Shown here in pieces: positions 1-13,282 of a stretch of DNA of 64,000 nucleotides (its first letter is position 1; the number at the start of each line of letters is the position of its first letter). Below the pieces are notes generated by a model that saw nothing but the letters and a program-made list of their open reading frames with translations, had not been told where the DNA came from and made no database searches. This DNA comes from Felis catus (lineage: Eukaryota): assembly GCF_018350175.1 (NCBI RefSeq), contig NC_058368.1, positions 49,849,815-49,913,814 on the forward strand, in the 5' to 3' direction. The position numbers were made by a program, and so were the translations under genes.

Positions 1-12
1 TCCTTCAGTGCT

Positions 13-14
<2 letters not shown>

Positions 15-57
<43 letters not shown>
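15..57. repeat. (TG)n microsatellite
   Basis: Directly visible. Confidence 0.99.
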
Positions 58-59
<2 letters not shown>

Positions 60-219
60 CATAAGGTAAGAATTATTATATGGAAACATATTTTAATTGG
101 TGCTATTTATTCTTATTCCAGTGATTCATGTGTTACTAGTCCTTACAAATAAATACCCCAGAAGGCTGCTTGGTTTGTTTAAGGCTGCTTGTTAGTTCCA
201 ACTCTGATTGACAGATAAG

Positions 220-1440
220 CTCAGAAATCAGATCTAGGTTCAAATCTTGCCAATTGCTAGTTATGTGACCTTGAATAAGTTACATAACCTCTCAGCAAAG
301 GAAACAACCAACAAAACTAAAAGGCAACCAACGGAATGGGAAAAGATATTTGCAAATGACATATCGGACAAAGGGCTAGTATCCAAAATCTATAAAGAGC
401 TCACCAAACTCCACACCCGAAAAACAAATAACCCAGTGAAGAAATGGGCAGAAAACATGAATAGACACTTCTCTAAAGAAGACATCCGGATGGCCAACAG
501 GCACATGAAAAGATGTTCAGCGTCACTCCTTATCAGGGAAATACAAATCAAAACCACACTCAGGTATCACCTCACACCAGTCAGAGTGGCCAAAATGAAC
601 AAATCAGGAGACTATAGATGCTGGAGAGGATGTGGAGAAACGGGAACCCTCTTGCACTGTTGGTGGGAATGCAAATTGGTGCAGCCGCTCTGGAAAGCAG
701 TGTGGAGGTTCCTCAGAAAATTAAAAATAGACCTACCCTATGACCCAGCAATAGCACTGCTAGGAATTTATCCAAGGGATACAGGAGTACTGATGCATAG
801 GGCCACTTGTACCCCAATGTTCATAGCAGCACTCTCAACAATAGCCAAATTATGGAAAGAGCCTAAATGTCCATCAACTGAGGAATGGATAAAGAAATTG
901 TGGTTTATATACACAATGGAATATTACGTGGCAATGAGAAAAAATGAAATATGGCCTTTTGTAGCAACGTGGATGGAACTGGAGAGTGTGATGCTAAGTG
1001 AAATAAGCCATACAGAGAAAGACAGATACCATATGGTTTCACTCTTATGTGGATCCTGAGAAACTTAACAGGAACCCATGGGGGAGGGGAAGGAAAAAAA
1101 AAAAAAGAGGTTAGAGTGGGAGAGAGCCAAAGCATAAGAGACTGTTAAAAACTGAGAACAAACTGAGGGTTGATGGGGGGTGGGAGGGAGGAGAGGGTGG
1201 GTGATGGGTATTGAAGAGGGCACCTTTTGGGATGAGCACTGGGTGTTGTATGGAAACCAATTTGACAATAAATTTCATAAAAAAAAAAAGTTACATAACC
1301 TCTTCCACATCTGTCAATGTAATAATAATACTAACGACACCATAGGGCAGTGGCCAAAATTAAATGGGCGTATGTATAAATCACAGTATATGGGATATGA
1401 AAAACTGCCTTGATATATTGACTACTGTATTTTTGTTATT
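220..1440 (+). mobile_element. MIR relic split by the L1 insertion (220-292 and 1304-~1440)
   Basis: MIR core-like text GTGACCTTGAATAAGTTACATAACCTCT resumes as TCCACATCTGTCAATGTAATAATAATA after the L1. Confidence 0.7.
293..1287 (+). mobile_element. Young 5'-truncated LINE-1 (L1_Fc-like): ORF2 C-terminus, 3' UTR and poly(A)
   Basis: Uninterrupted ORF2 frame to the stop at 1059, including the Cys-rich motif [24 protein letters not shown] plus A tail. Perfect 16-bp TSD AAGTTACATAACCTCT at 277-292 and 1288-1303. Confidence 0.97.
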
Positions 1441-2004
1441 GTTATTATCACCGTCATTACCGTTAAAGATACTAAAATTACATATTCCTTCCAGAATGAC
1501 AAATTGTTAGACCTGGTGAGGACTAACTTGAAAATCATCTAGTAGCATTCATTTGAATTTAATTAATTAATCTAATTTCCAAATTTAAAGTTCAATCAAT
1601 GTTTTAGTGCTCGCTTTCTGTCACTGTCAATACTGAGCCCAGGATATAATGTTGAAGATGCCATAATATTTATCCTTATAGTCTATTGGGAAATCAAAAT
1701 CTGAGAAAAATTGCAATAAAATTGTGAAAAGACCAGTCTCAATGAGAATCTGGTTGGAGGGGCCATTCCTTCTCAGGACAGAAAGGTGACCGATCTGGGG
1801 AACAAGTGGCATCTGAACTGTGTCCTAAAGGCTAAGTAGGAATCTACCAGATGAACAAGGGGAGAACTGAATCTCTAGCAAAAGAAAACTCAGAAGCAAT
1901 CAAAGACATACATTTAGGATTTAGGCCGAAATTCTTGTTAATGAATCCAAGAAGTGACCTCTTAAATGTTTCAAAGAGATCTGTATTTTTTAAACAGAAT
2001 GCAT

Positions 2005-2340
2005 GCATGGTTGCCAGGGGCGGGGGTTGGGAGGTGGGCAAAATGGATGAAGGCGGGCAAAAAGTACAAACTTCCAGTTATAAAATAAATAAGCCATGAG
2101 ATGCAATGTACAACTTGGCAACCATACTTAACATTACCATATTGCATATTTGAAAGCTGACAAGAGAGCAAATCTTAAAAGCTCCAATCACAAGAAAAAA
2201 ATATCCCATAACTACATATGGTGCCAGATGTTAACTAGACTTATTGTGGTGATCATTTCGCAATACGCACAAATATCTAACCATTGTGTTGTACACCTGA
2301 AACTAATATAATGTTATCTGTCAATTATACCTCAAAGAAA
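2005..2340 (+). mobile_element. Old LINE-1 3' UTR fragment (L1MA/L1_Carn-like)
   Basis: ATGGTTGCCAGGGG...GTACAAACTTCCAGTTATAAAATAAATAAG...GTACACCTGAAACTAATATAATGTTATCTGTCAATTATACCTCAA. Confidence 0.85.
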
Positions 2341-2600
2341 TAAGCAGAATAGAATACTTGTATCTAAATAGATATTTACTTGACTATTTCAAGCAATGTT
2401 GATGTGAAAGACATAAGTAACACAAATACACAGTCCTACATACAAATTGCTAAAAATTTCTCTCAGAAAGGTCAGCTTCGGGTAACCCTTCTTTTCAAAA
2501 GCTCGTCCTTCCTCCATTTTTGAACTCACAGATGTTCTAAAAACTCCAAGTGCCATATTCAGGTTATTTTCTTTATGTATGCTTACATTCTTTATGCTCC

Positions 2601-2602
<2 letters not shown>

Positions 2603-2653
<51 letters not shown>

Positions 2654-2658
2654 TACAC
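2603..2658. repeat. (AC)n microsatellite
   Basis: Directly visible. Confidence 0.99.
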
Positions 2659-5586
2659 GAAAACACACATTTACCCTGTTTCTATTAGAGCAACAGTTCT
2701 GGTGGAGCCATGGGTGGATAGAAGACGGGGGCAGTGTGAGAGCAGCCACTTCACGTGGGCAGACCTCCAAAAGGGCTGGGGATCCCTGACTTAAAGGTCT
2801 GTTTTTTATAGCTTCTCATTCTCTCTCAGTGTGTCTCTCTCTGCCTCTCTCCCTCTCATGCATGAAGGGATATTACAACTGTAAATAACTCAAGGCACTT
2901 TGTTTGAACATAATCTTTGACTTCAGGAGCCCCTTTCCTATGCAATGAATTTTACAATTCCCTCAGCTAATATTGCTCAAGACAGTTTCAGTGGAGCTTA
3001 TTTTGCCAGTCAAGTTCTGTTGCAATCTAAGAAGTGTTTTTAAGCAATCATCTGACCTCTTTACAGCTCTTCCCATTACAGTGCTGATAGGACTAGGAAA
3101 AAAAAAAAAAGCTGTTGGAAGTTTTACACAACATTCTTACACCCTATTCCTTGGATACTTCCCAAAAATGTATTCATCTAGTTAAGATCACAGGTTTTAC
3201 CACCTTTTTAGCATTAGTAGTCTATTGCCAGCTACAGATCAAAAGAAGGCAAATATCTTGGTTCAGAGTAAGCATACCTCCAATTTACATGGGAAAAGCT
3301 ACTAAAAACACTACTGAGGAAAAATATGCTTCCAAATACTCTAATAAGTGTATTTCTCATATTACAACAGGAAATGAATGAGAACCACATAGTAGTAAAA
3401 GGTTTATAACACTTGACAGTCTTCCAAAGGATGAGGCGGAAGCAGGTATCATACATGAACTTGGTCTCCCAGCCAAGTCCACCTTATGTGTGTCAATACA
3501 TTTGGGTTTCACAAATTTCATCAAATCCAAAAATCTTTACTGGGTGCTTACCATTGACATGATACTAGGCTACATGCTATAGAATATAAAAGTAAATAAG
3601 ATGATATACTGGTTCTTCAGGGGTGATAAGGTACATACAAATAACCACAGAATACTAAATACAATAAGCACTAAAAGAACATTATGCCACTAGTAGAGAT
3701 TTCTGGAAGGATGGGAAGGCCTCGTGGAGGCAGAGGCATTCAAACTAGATTTTAAAGAAAGAGCAGGATCTCATGCAGAAATGGGAAGAAAACTGCATTA
3801 ACAAACAGAAGGAAAGAGTAGAGGAAAGAATGTATGTGAAGGATGGCAAGTAACACATTTGGGCAGAGAAAAGGCCAGGCAAGGTCAAAGGGCTTGGATC
3901 CAGAAAAGTCCTCAGGAAAGGGAGGGCAGAGCAGTGGAAAGCAGAATGGAAAGGAAACTTCTCTTATGTGAGAGACACTTGAGACCAGAGAAGTTCCAAT
4001 GAATGAGGGTGCCACTCCTTACCAGGTGTAGCTAGCTTTCTAATGACATGGCCTTTGCAAGTTCAGAGAGAAGTGGTCGCATACACGGGTTGATTCATAG
4101 TATGTAAAACATAAATATGGAGTCAGCATAAGTTTTAGATTTTAAAAGATCTGAATTTCTTTTAGAGTATCACTTTCATAAGAACTCATCAAGGTCTCAT
4201 GTGCATCCTTCCTTCTGTAGTTTGAAACTATCTAGGTCTCAAGTAGGGACTTGGTGAGGCACCTAAGCAAGAAATTTACAAGGGCTGAAAGCAATCTTAA
4301 AAATGCAGATACCTCTATTTTCAAGAAGTTAAGCTGGAATCATAATCAGATTCCTACTAAAGCTTCCTGGAATTTCATCATAAATAATAAAGATTTTTGA
4401 AATAATCCCATACAACTATACCTTGTGAAATCGATGTGAATTCTACCCAACGATAATTTAACAAATCACATCACGTATAGTGGAGTATGCAGATGTCATG
4501 GGGACAGGAAGCCATAGAAAGAAGAAAACATAAAAGCAGGAAATCTTTCAGAAGAAGGACAGAACAAATTCCAGGGAAGAAGTGCAGCATATGTAAGGGT
4601 TGAACAAAGCCTTTAGAAAATGGACCTTGAGTAAATACAACATGCAAAGTTGTTATTAAAATCAGAAATGATTTAAGCAGACTTACACCTGGTTATGAAA
4701 AGCCCACCCTTATGCATTCCCACAGTCAACAAATAAAAACCTCTCTCTTCATTCAAAATCTAGGTGTTTACTTAACAGAAACCATACTCACATATGCAAA
4801 ACAAAGCACCAGTACAATCCTGACAATCTTTGCCGTTTGCTTTCCCAAGTTTTCTTGAGAAAAATGACAGAGTGGGAGAACCACTGGATTATACCCCCAC
4901 ACCACAGGTATTTGAGCTGCTTCTGTAAATCTCACGGTGGCACAAATGAGGTCTCACAACAGAGACAATAAAATGAACCACTTTTCTCACAAAGCCTTTT
5001 CTGACCCTTTTGGCCAGCCACATCCCTTTCCACCCCCAGGAGCATTGCTGTAGTTGGTTTTGGTCTCTCCTACCCTATTTGCAATCTCTCTAACTGTGTA
5101 ATCTCATTCCCCAACTGGGTTCACAAAAGTCTTTGAGGACAGAAGTTGAGTCACACTCATCTCTGCAACATGCAAGGGCCTGGAATCCAGTTCTCAGGGA
5201 TTTCTTGTTGAATTGGAAACTCTGTTGCTAATTTTTTCTTTGGAGTATATTTATACATGCTTTCCTGTTACAAAATGTCCTGTAACAAGAAACTCCAGAA
5301 TAATTATTTTTGCTAAAAACAATTACACTTCAAAGGAACCCTAGTGGTAACTCTATTGGTTCTGTGTAGAGTCCTACAAGAAAAACATGATATAAATCAG
5401 CATATCATAGACAAGTCAAAGAGAACTTCTCTAATAAATCTTGTTTTCAATAAAACAATTTGGGGCTTTAAAAAAACAGCACTTCATTTCCTTTAATATT
5501 AAAAACAAGTAGGGAAATACTTTGAAAATGACAACTTTCTCAGCAAAAGACAACCATATTCTAAATTCTATAAAAGGTATTTGTTA

Positions 5587-5940
5587 GGGGCTCCTGGCTG
5601 GCTCAGTTGGAGGAGCATAGACTCTTGATCTCGGGGTTATGAGTTTGAGACTCATGTTGGGAGTGCAGATTACCACAAAAATCAAATAACTAATTAACTC
5701 TATAAAAGATATTTGTGTTTTCTAAAGTGAATGATTGAGAGTTGCCTGGATGGCTCAGTCGGTTAAGTGTTCAACTTCAGCTCAGGTCATGATCTCACAG
5801 TTTGTGAGTTCCAGCCCCACATCGGGTTCTGTGCTGGCAGCTCAGAGCCTGGAGCCTGCCTCAGACTCTGTGTCTCCCTCTCTCTCTGCCCCATCCCCAC
5901 TCATGCCGTCTCTCTCTCAAAAATAAATAGACATTAAAGT
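5587..5940 (+). mobile_element. Two older Can-SINEs (5587-5700 short type; 5737-5940)
   Basis: tRNA-derived heads (TGGCTCAGT), CT tract in the second, A-rich tails. Confidence 0.9.
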
Positions 5941-6601
5941 TAATGATTGTGACTTAGCTTCATCAGTGACATTGGGATGAATCGATGGTTTATGTTCTTT
6001 GTTCTTCCATCTCATCCCATGTTCTATCTACCAAAGGTATTCTCTGCCCTCCATAGGTACATGGGGTACAAAGATTGTGCACTAAAATGCACACATAGTG
6101 AACTAAGTACTGTTTGTAATGTCACCCGCTGTTATATACACGGACCCGATACCCAGACATTAATGTTGCTGATCCACACTGTGAAATACCGAGCAAAGAT
6201 GAGTACACGTGTCACCTGACCTCATGGAGTTCCCTGGGATGCAGTCTGAAAAATAGTGTTTAAAAAAATCAAAACAATTTTGGCTTGAACTTCTTAGAAG
6301 GCCAGGGCTTCTGTGATAGCCACGGGATGACATCAGAGTATCCAGTATATCCTTTCCTTCTCATAAGCAGGGTGAGACACTGTAACAAAACCACCCTAGA
6401 TATGATTTCACTTACTTCCACTTTACAATACCCTTCGATAAGTGCATTACCATTTTGTCAAGCAAAGATTCATTTATCACTTCAAATGGAAAATTAATTA
6501 ATTTTGCTATCAGAAAAAAATTGGAAAATCATTTTAAATATTGAGAATTTCTACTATAAATCTTTCACCATCAGAGAATATTCTTTAAAAAAATAAATCT
6601 T

Positions 6602-6819
6602 GGGGCGCCTGGGTGGCGCAGTCGGTTAAGCGTCCGACTTCAGCCAGGTCACGATCTCGCGGTCCGTGAGTTCGAGCCCCGCGTCGGGCTCTGGGCTGAT
6701 GGCTCAGAGCCTGGAGCCTGTTTCCGATTCTGTGTCTCCCTCTCTCTCTGCCCCTCCCCCGTTCATGCTCTGTTTCTCTCTGTCCCAAAAATAAATAAAC
6801 GTTGAAAAAAAAAATTAAA
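6602..6819 (+). mobile_element. Young full-length SINEC_Fc
   Basis: CpG-intact head GGGGCGCCTGGGTGGCGCAGTCGGTTAAGCGTCCGAC. TSD AAAAAAATAAATCTT at 6587-6601 and 6820-6834; TT/AAAA target site. Confidence 0.97.
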
Positions 6820-6854
6820 AAAAAAATAAATCTTTTACCATACTTAAATCCATC

Positions 6855-6938
6855 TTTTTGAGAGAGACAGAGAGAGAGAGAGAGAGAGCAAAGGGGTTGA
6901 GGCAGAGAGAGAATCCCAAGCAGACTCCACACTGTCAG
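6855..6938 (-). mobile_element. Can-SINE 3' half only
   Basis: GAGAATCCCAAGCAGACTCCACACTGTCAG with GA tract. Confidence 0.85.
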
Positions 6939-7101
6939 TAATTACACAGTTACTATTTCTGTTTAGTCTCCATTCGAAGGCCATTCTAGTTTAATTCCTT
7001 TCAAGGGCAGGGGCGGGGGGTGTCTTCTCTGCTCTATTCTTATACCACAAGTGTTATAGATGAAGACATGTTGCAAGAAAACAATCATTTAACAAATTTT
7101 A

Positions 7102-7218
7102 GGGGCACCTGGGTGGCTCAGTCAGTTAAAGTCTGACACTTGATTTCAGCTCAGGTCACGATCTCACGGTTCATGGGTTTAAGCCCTGCATCAGGTTCTG
7201 TGCTGACAGCATAAACAA
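7102..7218 (+). mobile_element. Can-SINE 5' half only
   Basis: Head runs to ...GTGCTGACAGC, then goes directly into an A-rich tail. Confidence 0.88.
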
Positions 7219-9653
7219 AATAAATTTTAAAACTTTTAATTATATTGGATCTTTAACTGCTTTTTAAAATGCATTTTAGATACTACTTATGTCAAGTCAT
7301 GCTTTCAAAATTGATATTATGACTGATTCCTATTACTAAGTAATTTCACAGGAAGCATGCATACAGCTAATAATTTGGAGGTGATTAAACTTTTTTTTAG
7401 GACTGGCCACTGTAACCCCGTGAATCTAGACATATTAGGATAAATGCTTATAAATCAAATAATTCTTTTCATGCTCACCTCCAATTTAAATTCATTTCTT
7501 GGCAACATTGGCATGAGATTCTAGGAACTACTCAGACACTGGCTCAACTTCTTACCCGGTGGGGTAAATACCTACAGTCTTGGAAACAAGTCTTGGAACT
7601 CAGCGTCTGGTGATAACCACAAAAGGCTTTTGATGTCCAACAGCTACATGAAAGGAAAACATCCCTCAATCAAAAATCCTTAAACAAAAGTAGAAAGAGT
7701 GGATATCTACAAAACGCTGAATTTTAGGTACCATGTATACGAACATTATTAAAGTAGAACTTCAGAGAAGCTCATTAATCACACGACCATGGCCCCACCT
7801 TGGAGCTGGAGGCTGGCTACACCTGTATCAGGACCTCAGTCCTCCATTTACTCTCCAGTTATTCATAAACACCGCTCTCCCTCCTCATATGTACAAGATC
7901 CTATAAGGGCTGGGACCACTGGTCTCCCTGGTCTTTGCACCTGCCACTGCACCTGCCACAGCATTTACAACAATGCTTTACTCACTCTTTCAGTGAATTT
8001 TTTAGAAAATACACACTTCCGTTCTCCTTTGTTCTGTGTTGCACAGAGAACAAAAATAAAATGTTGAACTATTTTTCTCACAATAATTAATTTTGTGAAC
8101 AATTATTAATCAATTTCTGATGCGCTGTGGGAAACACTCCTCTAACATTTTATCAACAGGAAGAAGGGCTGAAATAAAGAATAAACTGTAAGAGTATGAG
8201 CCATAAAAACAAAGTCCGGAAGCAAGTATTTAATGCTTGGTATTAAATAACAATATAAAACTTAGTTTTTATACCTGGTATTCCATCCAGGGAATCCCCT
8301 TACAGGGGACTTAAAAATGCAGCCTTTCCTAATGGAGTGCTTCAGTACTGTGGGGTTGGTTGGTTTATTATGGTTGTGGGAGAGGGGTTCTGGGGAAGAA
8401 GGTAAGTGATGAAGTAAGCAAAGCTGGCAGAGTTCAGTAAACATGCTTCATCGCAAGGGACAGGTCTCAAACATATTCTGCTTTGTACCATTCTACACTA
8501 AGGCCTGATGTTAACTTCCAAATCAGACTTTAAAGGGAAAAAAAAAAATAGAAAATTCACCTAGGAAACTGTCATTTTTGCATATCCCTCCAGCACGTCC
8601 CTGTTCCACCCTCACTTTTTTTCCATCATATATATATAATCCCAAGTATTGGAAAATTGGCATAGTGTTTGTTGATGTGAATCTGTACTAGACCTTCCTA
8701 GAAAACAAGGAATTAAGGTGGAATGGTTTCATTTCACTCTTATGAATAAAAACAATACTCCTATAAGCTACATCACTCCATGTGTGAAATCAGGGGACTA
8801 GACACAACGGAAATGAAAATATAATGGACGAATGCAGAAAAGCTTTCCTCCAAAGTGGATTTTGGTGATATAATTCCCTGGACTAGCTGATTTATCCATT
8901 AGGAAACAGGATCACACTGCGTCTGAGGTAGCATCGCAAAAGTCTTTGCCTCCTTGGATAAAGTTTGCCACAAACATCTTCAGGGAGCTGGGGGATAGGT
9001 AAATAGATGAATGCAAGCTGTCACTGAGACCCCCTTCATCACACATTTCCTAAGGCCCCCAACCTTCCACAACCTTCCAAGTATTACAGCTTTCGTCTTT
9101 AGTGACTAAGCCCCGACGCCTAAAAGCCCACGTATCCTGGAGATAAGAATAAATTAACTGTGGAAACTGCCAAACGACCCAACTATCACATCACCACATG
9201 TCCAGATGACCATGACACAGAGTCAGTCACAAGTGGCGACGATCGTAGCTTTGGGTGACAAGTTTTTGTTTTTTGTTTTTAAGCAACAGTGAGAAATTAA
9301 AACCATCACATTATGTTTTTTAGATCATAAAGTTACTTGCTAGAAAAAAGAATGAAGCCTATAACAGACACCAGGCCCCTATTCATAGTTGATGAGTATC
9401 AAGAAATAGCACAATAGCAATTGCTCAAACTTGACATTTTATGCCTCTGCATGTGTGGTGTGTACTTAGCTATAGGCATGTTTGTGTAAATGCACTCATA
9501 AACATAGAAGGAAACAATGCAACCAGGCATATGACATTTACTCATAGTAGAAGTCATGTCCATTACCAATGATGGCCGATTTTAAAAAAGCAGATATGCA
9601 TGCATCTTTACATTCTTTATCACATACCATCACACAGAATGAAAGACAAATAC

Positions 9654-9790
9654 GGGGGTGCGTGGCTGGCTCAATTCATGGAGTGCATAATTCCTGATCT
9701 TGGGGTTGTAAGTTCAAGGCCCACATTGGGTGTAGACATTACTTAAAAATAAAAATTAAAAAATCTTCATAAAAAGAGAAAAAAAGAAAG
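9654..9790 (+). mobile_element. Short old Can-SINE
   Basis: GGCTGGCTCA...GATCTTGGGGTTGTAAGTTCAAGG plus A tail. Confidence 0.85.
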
Positions 9791-11197
9791 ACAAATGCCT
9801 TTGACTATCCAAATCTATTCAGTTTCTGGGTATGGATAAGTACATTTAGATAACTAGGGGTACCTGCATTCCAGACTGCTGAAAAAAGACTCATCATCTT
9901 CAAATGCCAGGTTCTCCAATGGAAGGCTCCCTCCTCCTACTGGCTATAAATTTTCTGTTTTGCTTTTTTCAGCTTATGACCAATAAAGAATCAATTCCAC
10001 TTCACTGTGCCCGAGCACTTAAGCTGGTTTCTACAAAAACTGTACATAAAACATAAAATCTAATATTTATTATCTTGTTTAATGGCCAGTGCTCACTTTT
10101 CAACCCCATTTTTACTTTTAGTGAAAAGCATAGCATGTAGAATAGATCAGAAGCTATCAAAATGCAAAACCAAAGCAAACTGCCCAGCAAACTGCGACAA
10201 TTAAATTTTGATACAGTATCACTTTTGTTTAAATCATTTATTTGGTCATAAAAATGCAACTCTCAAAACTGAGGAATTATCTGACTCTTCCAGGAAGTCC
10301 CACTAACCATAAGTATGATTTGCACAGTTGCAAATATTAATTAACTGTAATCATTATCTAAGAGTGTTTTGAACAACCTGAAATATTAGTTTTTTTCATC
10401 TCTTAAAGGGCAACTATTTGATAACTGGGAAGGATGATCTCAAGAGATTATCACATCAAAATAAAAAACTAAGCTAAAAAGAAAATATTAAATAGATTGG
10501 AGGTATTATCAGAAAAAAGTGAAGTGCTTTTTAAGGGGGTCAAAAAATGAATGAACAATTTCAGGGAGAGCTCTTTTAAAGTGGGACAATGCAATCCTAA
10601 AGTTACAGGGCAGTGCCAGATGCCTCACCAGAACTCTGCATCCTGCATCAACAGCTTGTGACCATTCTCTCCTGGCCCCTGCTTTCGTTAAGCAACAATC
10701 TTAAAAGCCATATCAAGTTTGCAGGCACTACATAGCAAAGGGGAACACATTTTCACTATGAACCCCAAAACTGACGATGCCATCAATGCAGCCTTCCAAA
10801 ACTCCAATGTAAAATTGATGATACAACCCTTTTAAAAATCAAACGTCAATAAATCAAGTTGTCAATGTTTATAGAAATCGGTTGGCTATTTAAAGAAGTC
10901 ATCTGTTGTAATTTATTGTGAAGTCTAATATCCATCTATAAAATTAATATCTCCATCAACAGAGGGAACATCACTGACTAACAGAAAAACAATCCAACCA
11001 AGAATCCTGTTTTCTAATCCCAATTCCATCACTACAGCTACTGTGTGATCCTCAACACAGTATTTAACTCTCCGGCAAGAGCTTATTTTCATATCTGTTA
11101 AACGGAGATAAAGACATTTGTCATGACTACTTACCAGGCACAGTTGTGAGATTCCAATGACATGATCTATGTGAAAGTGCTTTAAAAATCATAGCCA

Positions 11198-11704
11198 GGG
11201 GCACCTGTGTGGCTCAGTTGGTTAAGCGTCCAACTCTTCATCTCAGCTCAGGTCATGATTTCATGATTTGTGAGATCAGGCCCCGTGTTGGGCTCCATGC
11301 TGACAGGGCGGAGCCTACTTGGGATTCTCTCTCTCCCTCTCTCTCTCTGCCCCTGGCCTGCCCATGCTGGCTCTGCTCTCACTCCCTCTCTCAAAATAAA
11401 TAAATAATCATTAAAAAAAAATCATATCCAACTGTATCAGCCACTACTTTCTTGTCCTTCTGGAGTCAAAGCAGATTAAGACAGATTGTCAAACAGAAAT
11501 ACTCCAATTTTAATAATGACTGGGTAAATACTAAATTATCATCCCACGCCCATCCTTAAAGAAAATCATGTAATAGGAGCATCTGGGTGGCTCAGTAGCG
11601 TAAGTGTCCAACTCTTGATTTCAGCTCAGGTCACGATCTCACAGTTGGTGAGTTTGATCCCCCATCAGGCTCTGCGCGGACAGCACAGAGCCTGCTTGGG
11701 ATTT

Positions 11705-11743
<39 letters not shown>

Positions 11744-11835
11744 TCTCTCTCCCTCTCTTTCCCTGCCCCTCCCCTGCTCGTGCTCTCTCTTTCTCAAAAA
11801 TAAATATATAAACATTAAAAATGTTTTAAAAAGAA
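11198..11835 (+). mobile_element. Two Can-SINEs (11198-11420; 11576-11835)
   Basis: Heads, CT tracts and tails. TSDs AAAAATCATA(G/T)CCA and AAGAAAATCATGTAA. Confidence 0.92.
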
Positions 11836-12497
11836 GAAAATCATGTAAGAGTAGAGAAAATAGATTCAGGAGCACCACATTCCTGAAGGATCCATAAAGG
11901 TAGTAAAGTATCATCGTGAAAAATAGTATTTTTTAACATTTTACACTGGATGTTTTAAGTTCTTTATCATCAATATTTCGTATCCATGATATCCTTATGT
12001 TTAATGATCTTTTATTTCAGGTAACATCTCAAACAATGTGAAATATTTAAAATGTCTTATCCAACCCTCCAAAGTTAAGTCCATGTGGAAATCGACGTGG
12101 AGAAGATGAAGCAAACCTCCACCACTGAAAGTAAATCTTATTTTCATCAAATCACAAGGAAGAGTCCAGTTCCATGGTCCATCAATAAACTGAAGTCCTC
12201 GTATGAACGAGAACCTCTGGGACATGATTATAAAACAGGGGGATCCAGGCCTGACACAGCGCTTTCAGGATCTTCTAGTTTGACCACGTGCATCTAAGGC
12301 TTAGGGTCTTGACAAATGTGGTATTCTTTTCCAGGACCTCCATGCCCAGGCATCTATAACTCTCTCAGGTAAGAGAGTCTGCACAATTTTTCTTCCAAAA
12401 AATCCTCGGTAAAATAAAACAAAAGGTATTCATTTAGATGATCTCAAAATGCTTTTTAGATTTATTCATGTAGAAAGTGATACTCAAAAGAAAATGG

Positions 12498-12906
12498 GCG
12501 GGTGCCTGGGTTGTTCAGTCAGTTAAGCGTCCGACTCCTGATTTCAGCTCAGATCGTGATCTCATGGTTCATGAATTTGATGGAGTCCCTCATTGCACTC
12601 CACAATGAGCCTGCTTGGGATTCCCTTTCTCCCTGTCCCTTCCCCCCGATTCTCTCGCTCAAAAATAAATAAACTTAAAAAAAAGAGAGAGGGAAAGAGA
12701 GATGGGCACCTGGGTGGCTCAGTCGGTTGAGCATCTGACTTCAGCTCAGGTCATGATCTCACAGTTCGTAAGTTCAAGCCCCACAACGGGCTCACCGCTG
12801 TCAGCCTGTTAGCACAAAGCAGGTTTCAGATCCTCTGCTCCCCTCTCTCTGCCCATCCCCCACCTACACTATCCCAAAAAATAAATAAATATTTTTTTAA
12901 AAAAAA
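12498..12906 (+). mobile_element. Two tandem Can-SINEs (12498-12685; 12703-12906)
   Basis: Two heads and two A tails in series. Confidence 0.9.
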
Positions 12907-12911
12907 GAGAT

Positions 12912-13080
12912 AGAGGGTGGGGGAGACGAGAAAATGAGTGGTGGGCATTGAGTAGGACACTTATTGTGATGAGCACTGGGTATTGCATGTAAGCAATGAA
13001 ACATAGGAATCTACCCCAAAAATCAAGAGTATGCTTTACACACTGTATGTTAGCCAATTTGACAACAAATTATATTAAAA
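12912..13080 (+). mobile_element. Carnivore LINE-1 3' UTR terminal fragment
   Basis: GATGAGCACTGGGTATTG...GCCAATTTGACAACAAAT resembles the 3' end of the L1 at 1200-1280. Confidence 0.85.
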
Positions 13081-13184
13081 GAGAAAGAGAGAGGGAGAGG
13101 GAGAGGGAGAGGGAGAGAGAAAGACGGAGAGGGAGAGGGAGAGGGAGAGAGGGAGAGGGAGAGGGAGAGGGAGAGGGAGAGGGA

Positions 13185-13225
<41 letters not shown>
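13078..13225. repeat. (GAGGGA)n/(GA)n polypurine tract
   Basis: Directly visible; follows the L1 3' end. Confidence 0.97.
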
Positions 13226-13282
13226 TTAAGAAAAAAGAAAACACCTGGAGCAAATAAGAAAATTAAAAAAAAAAAAGATACT

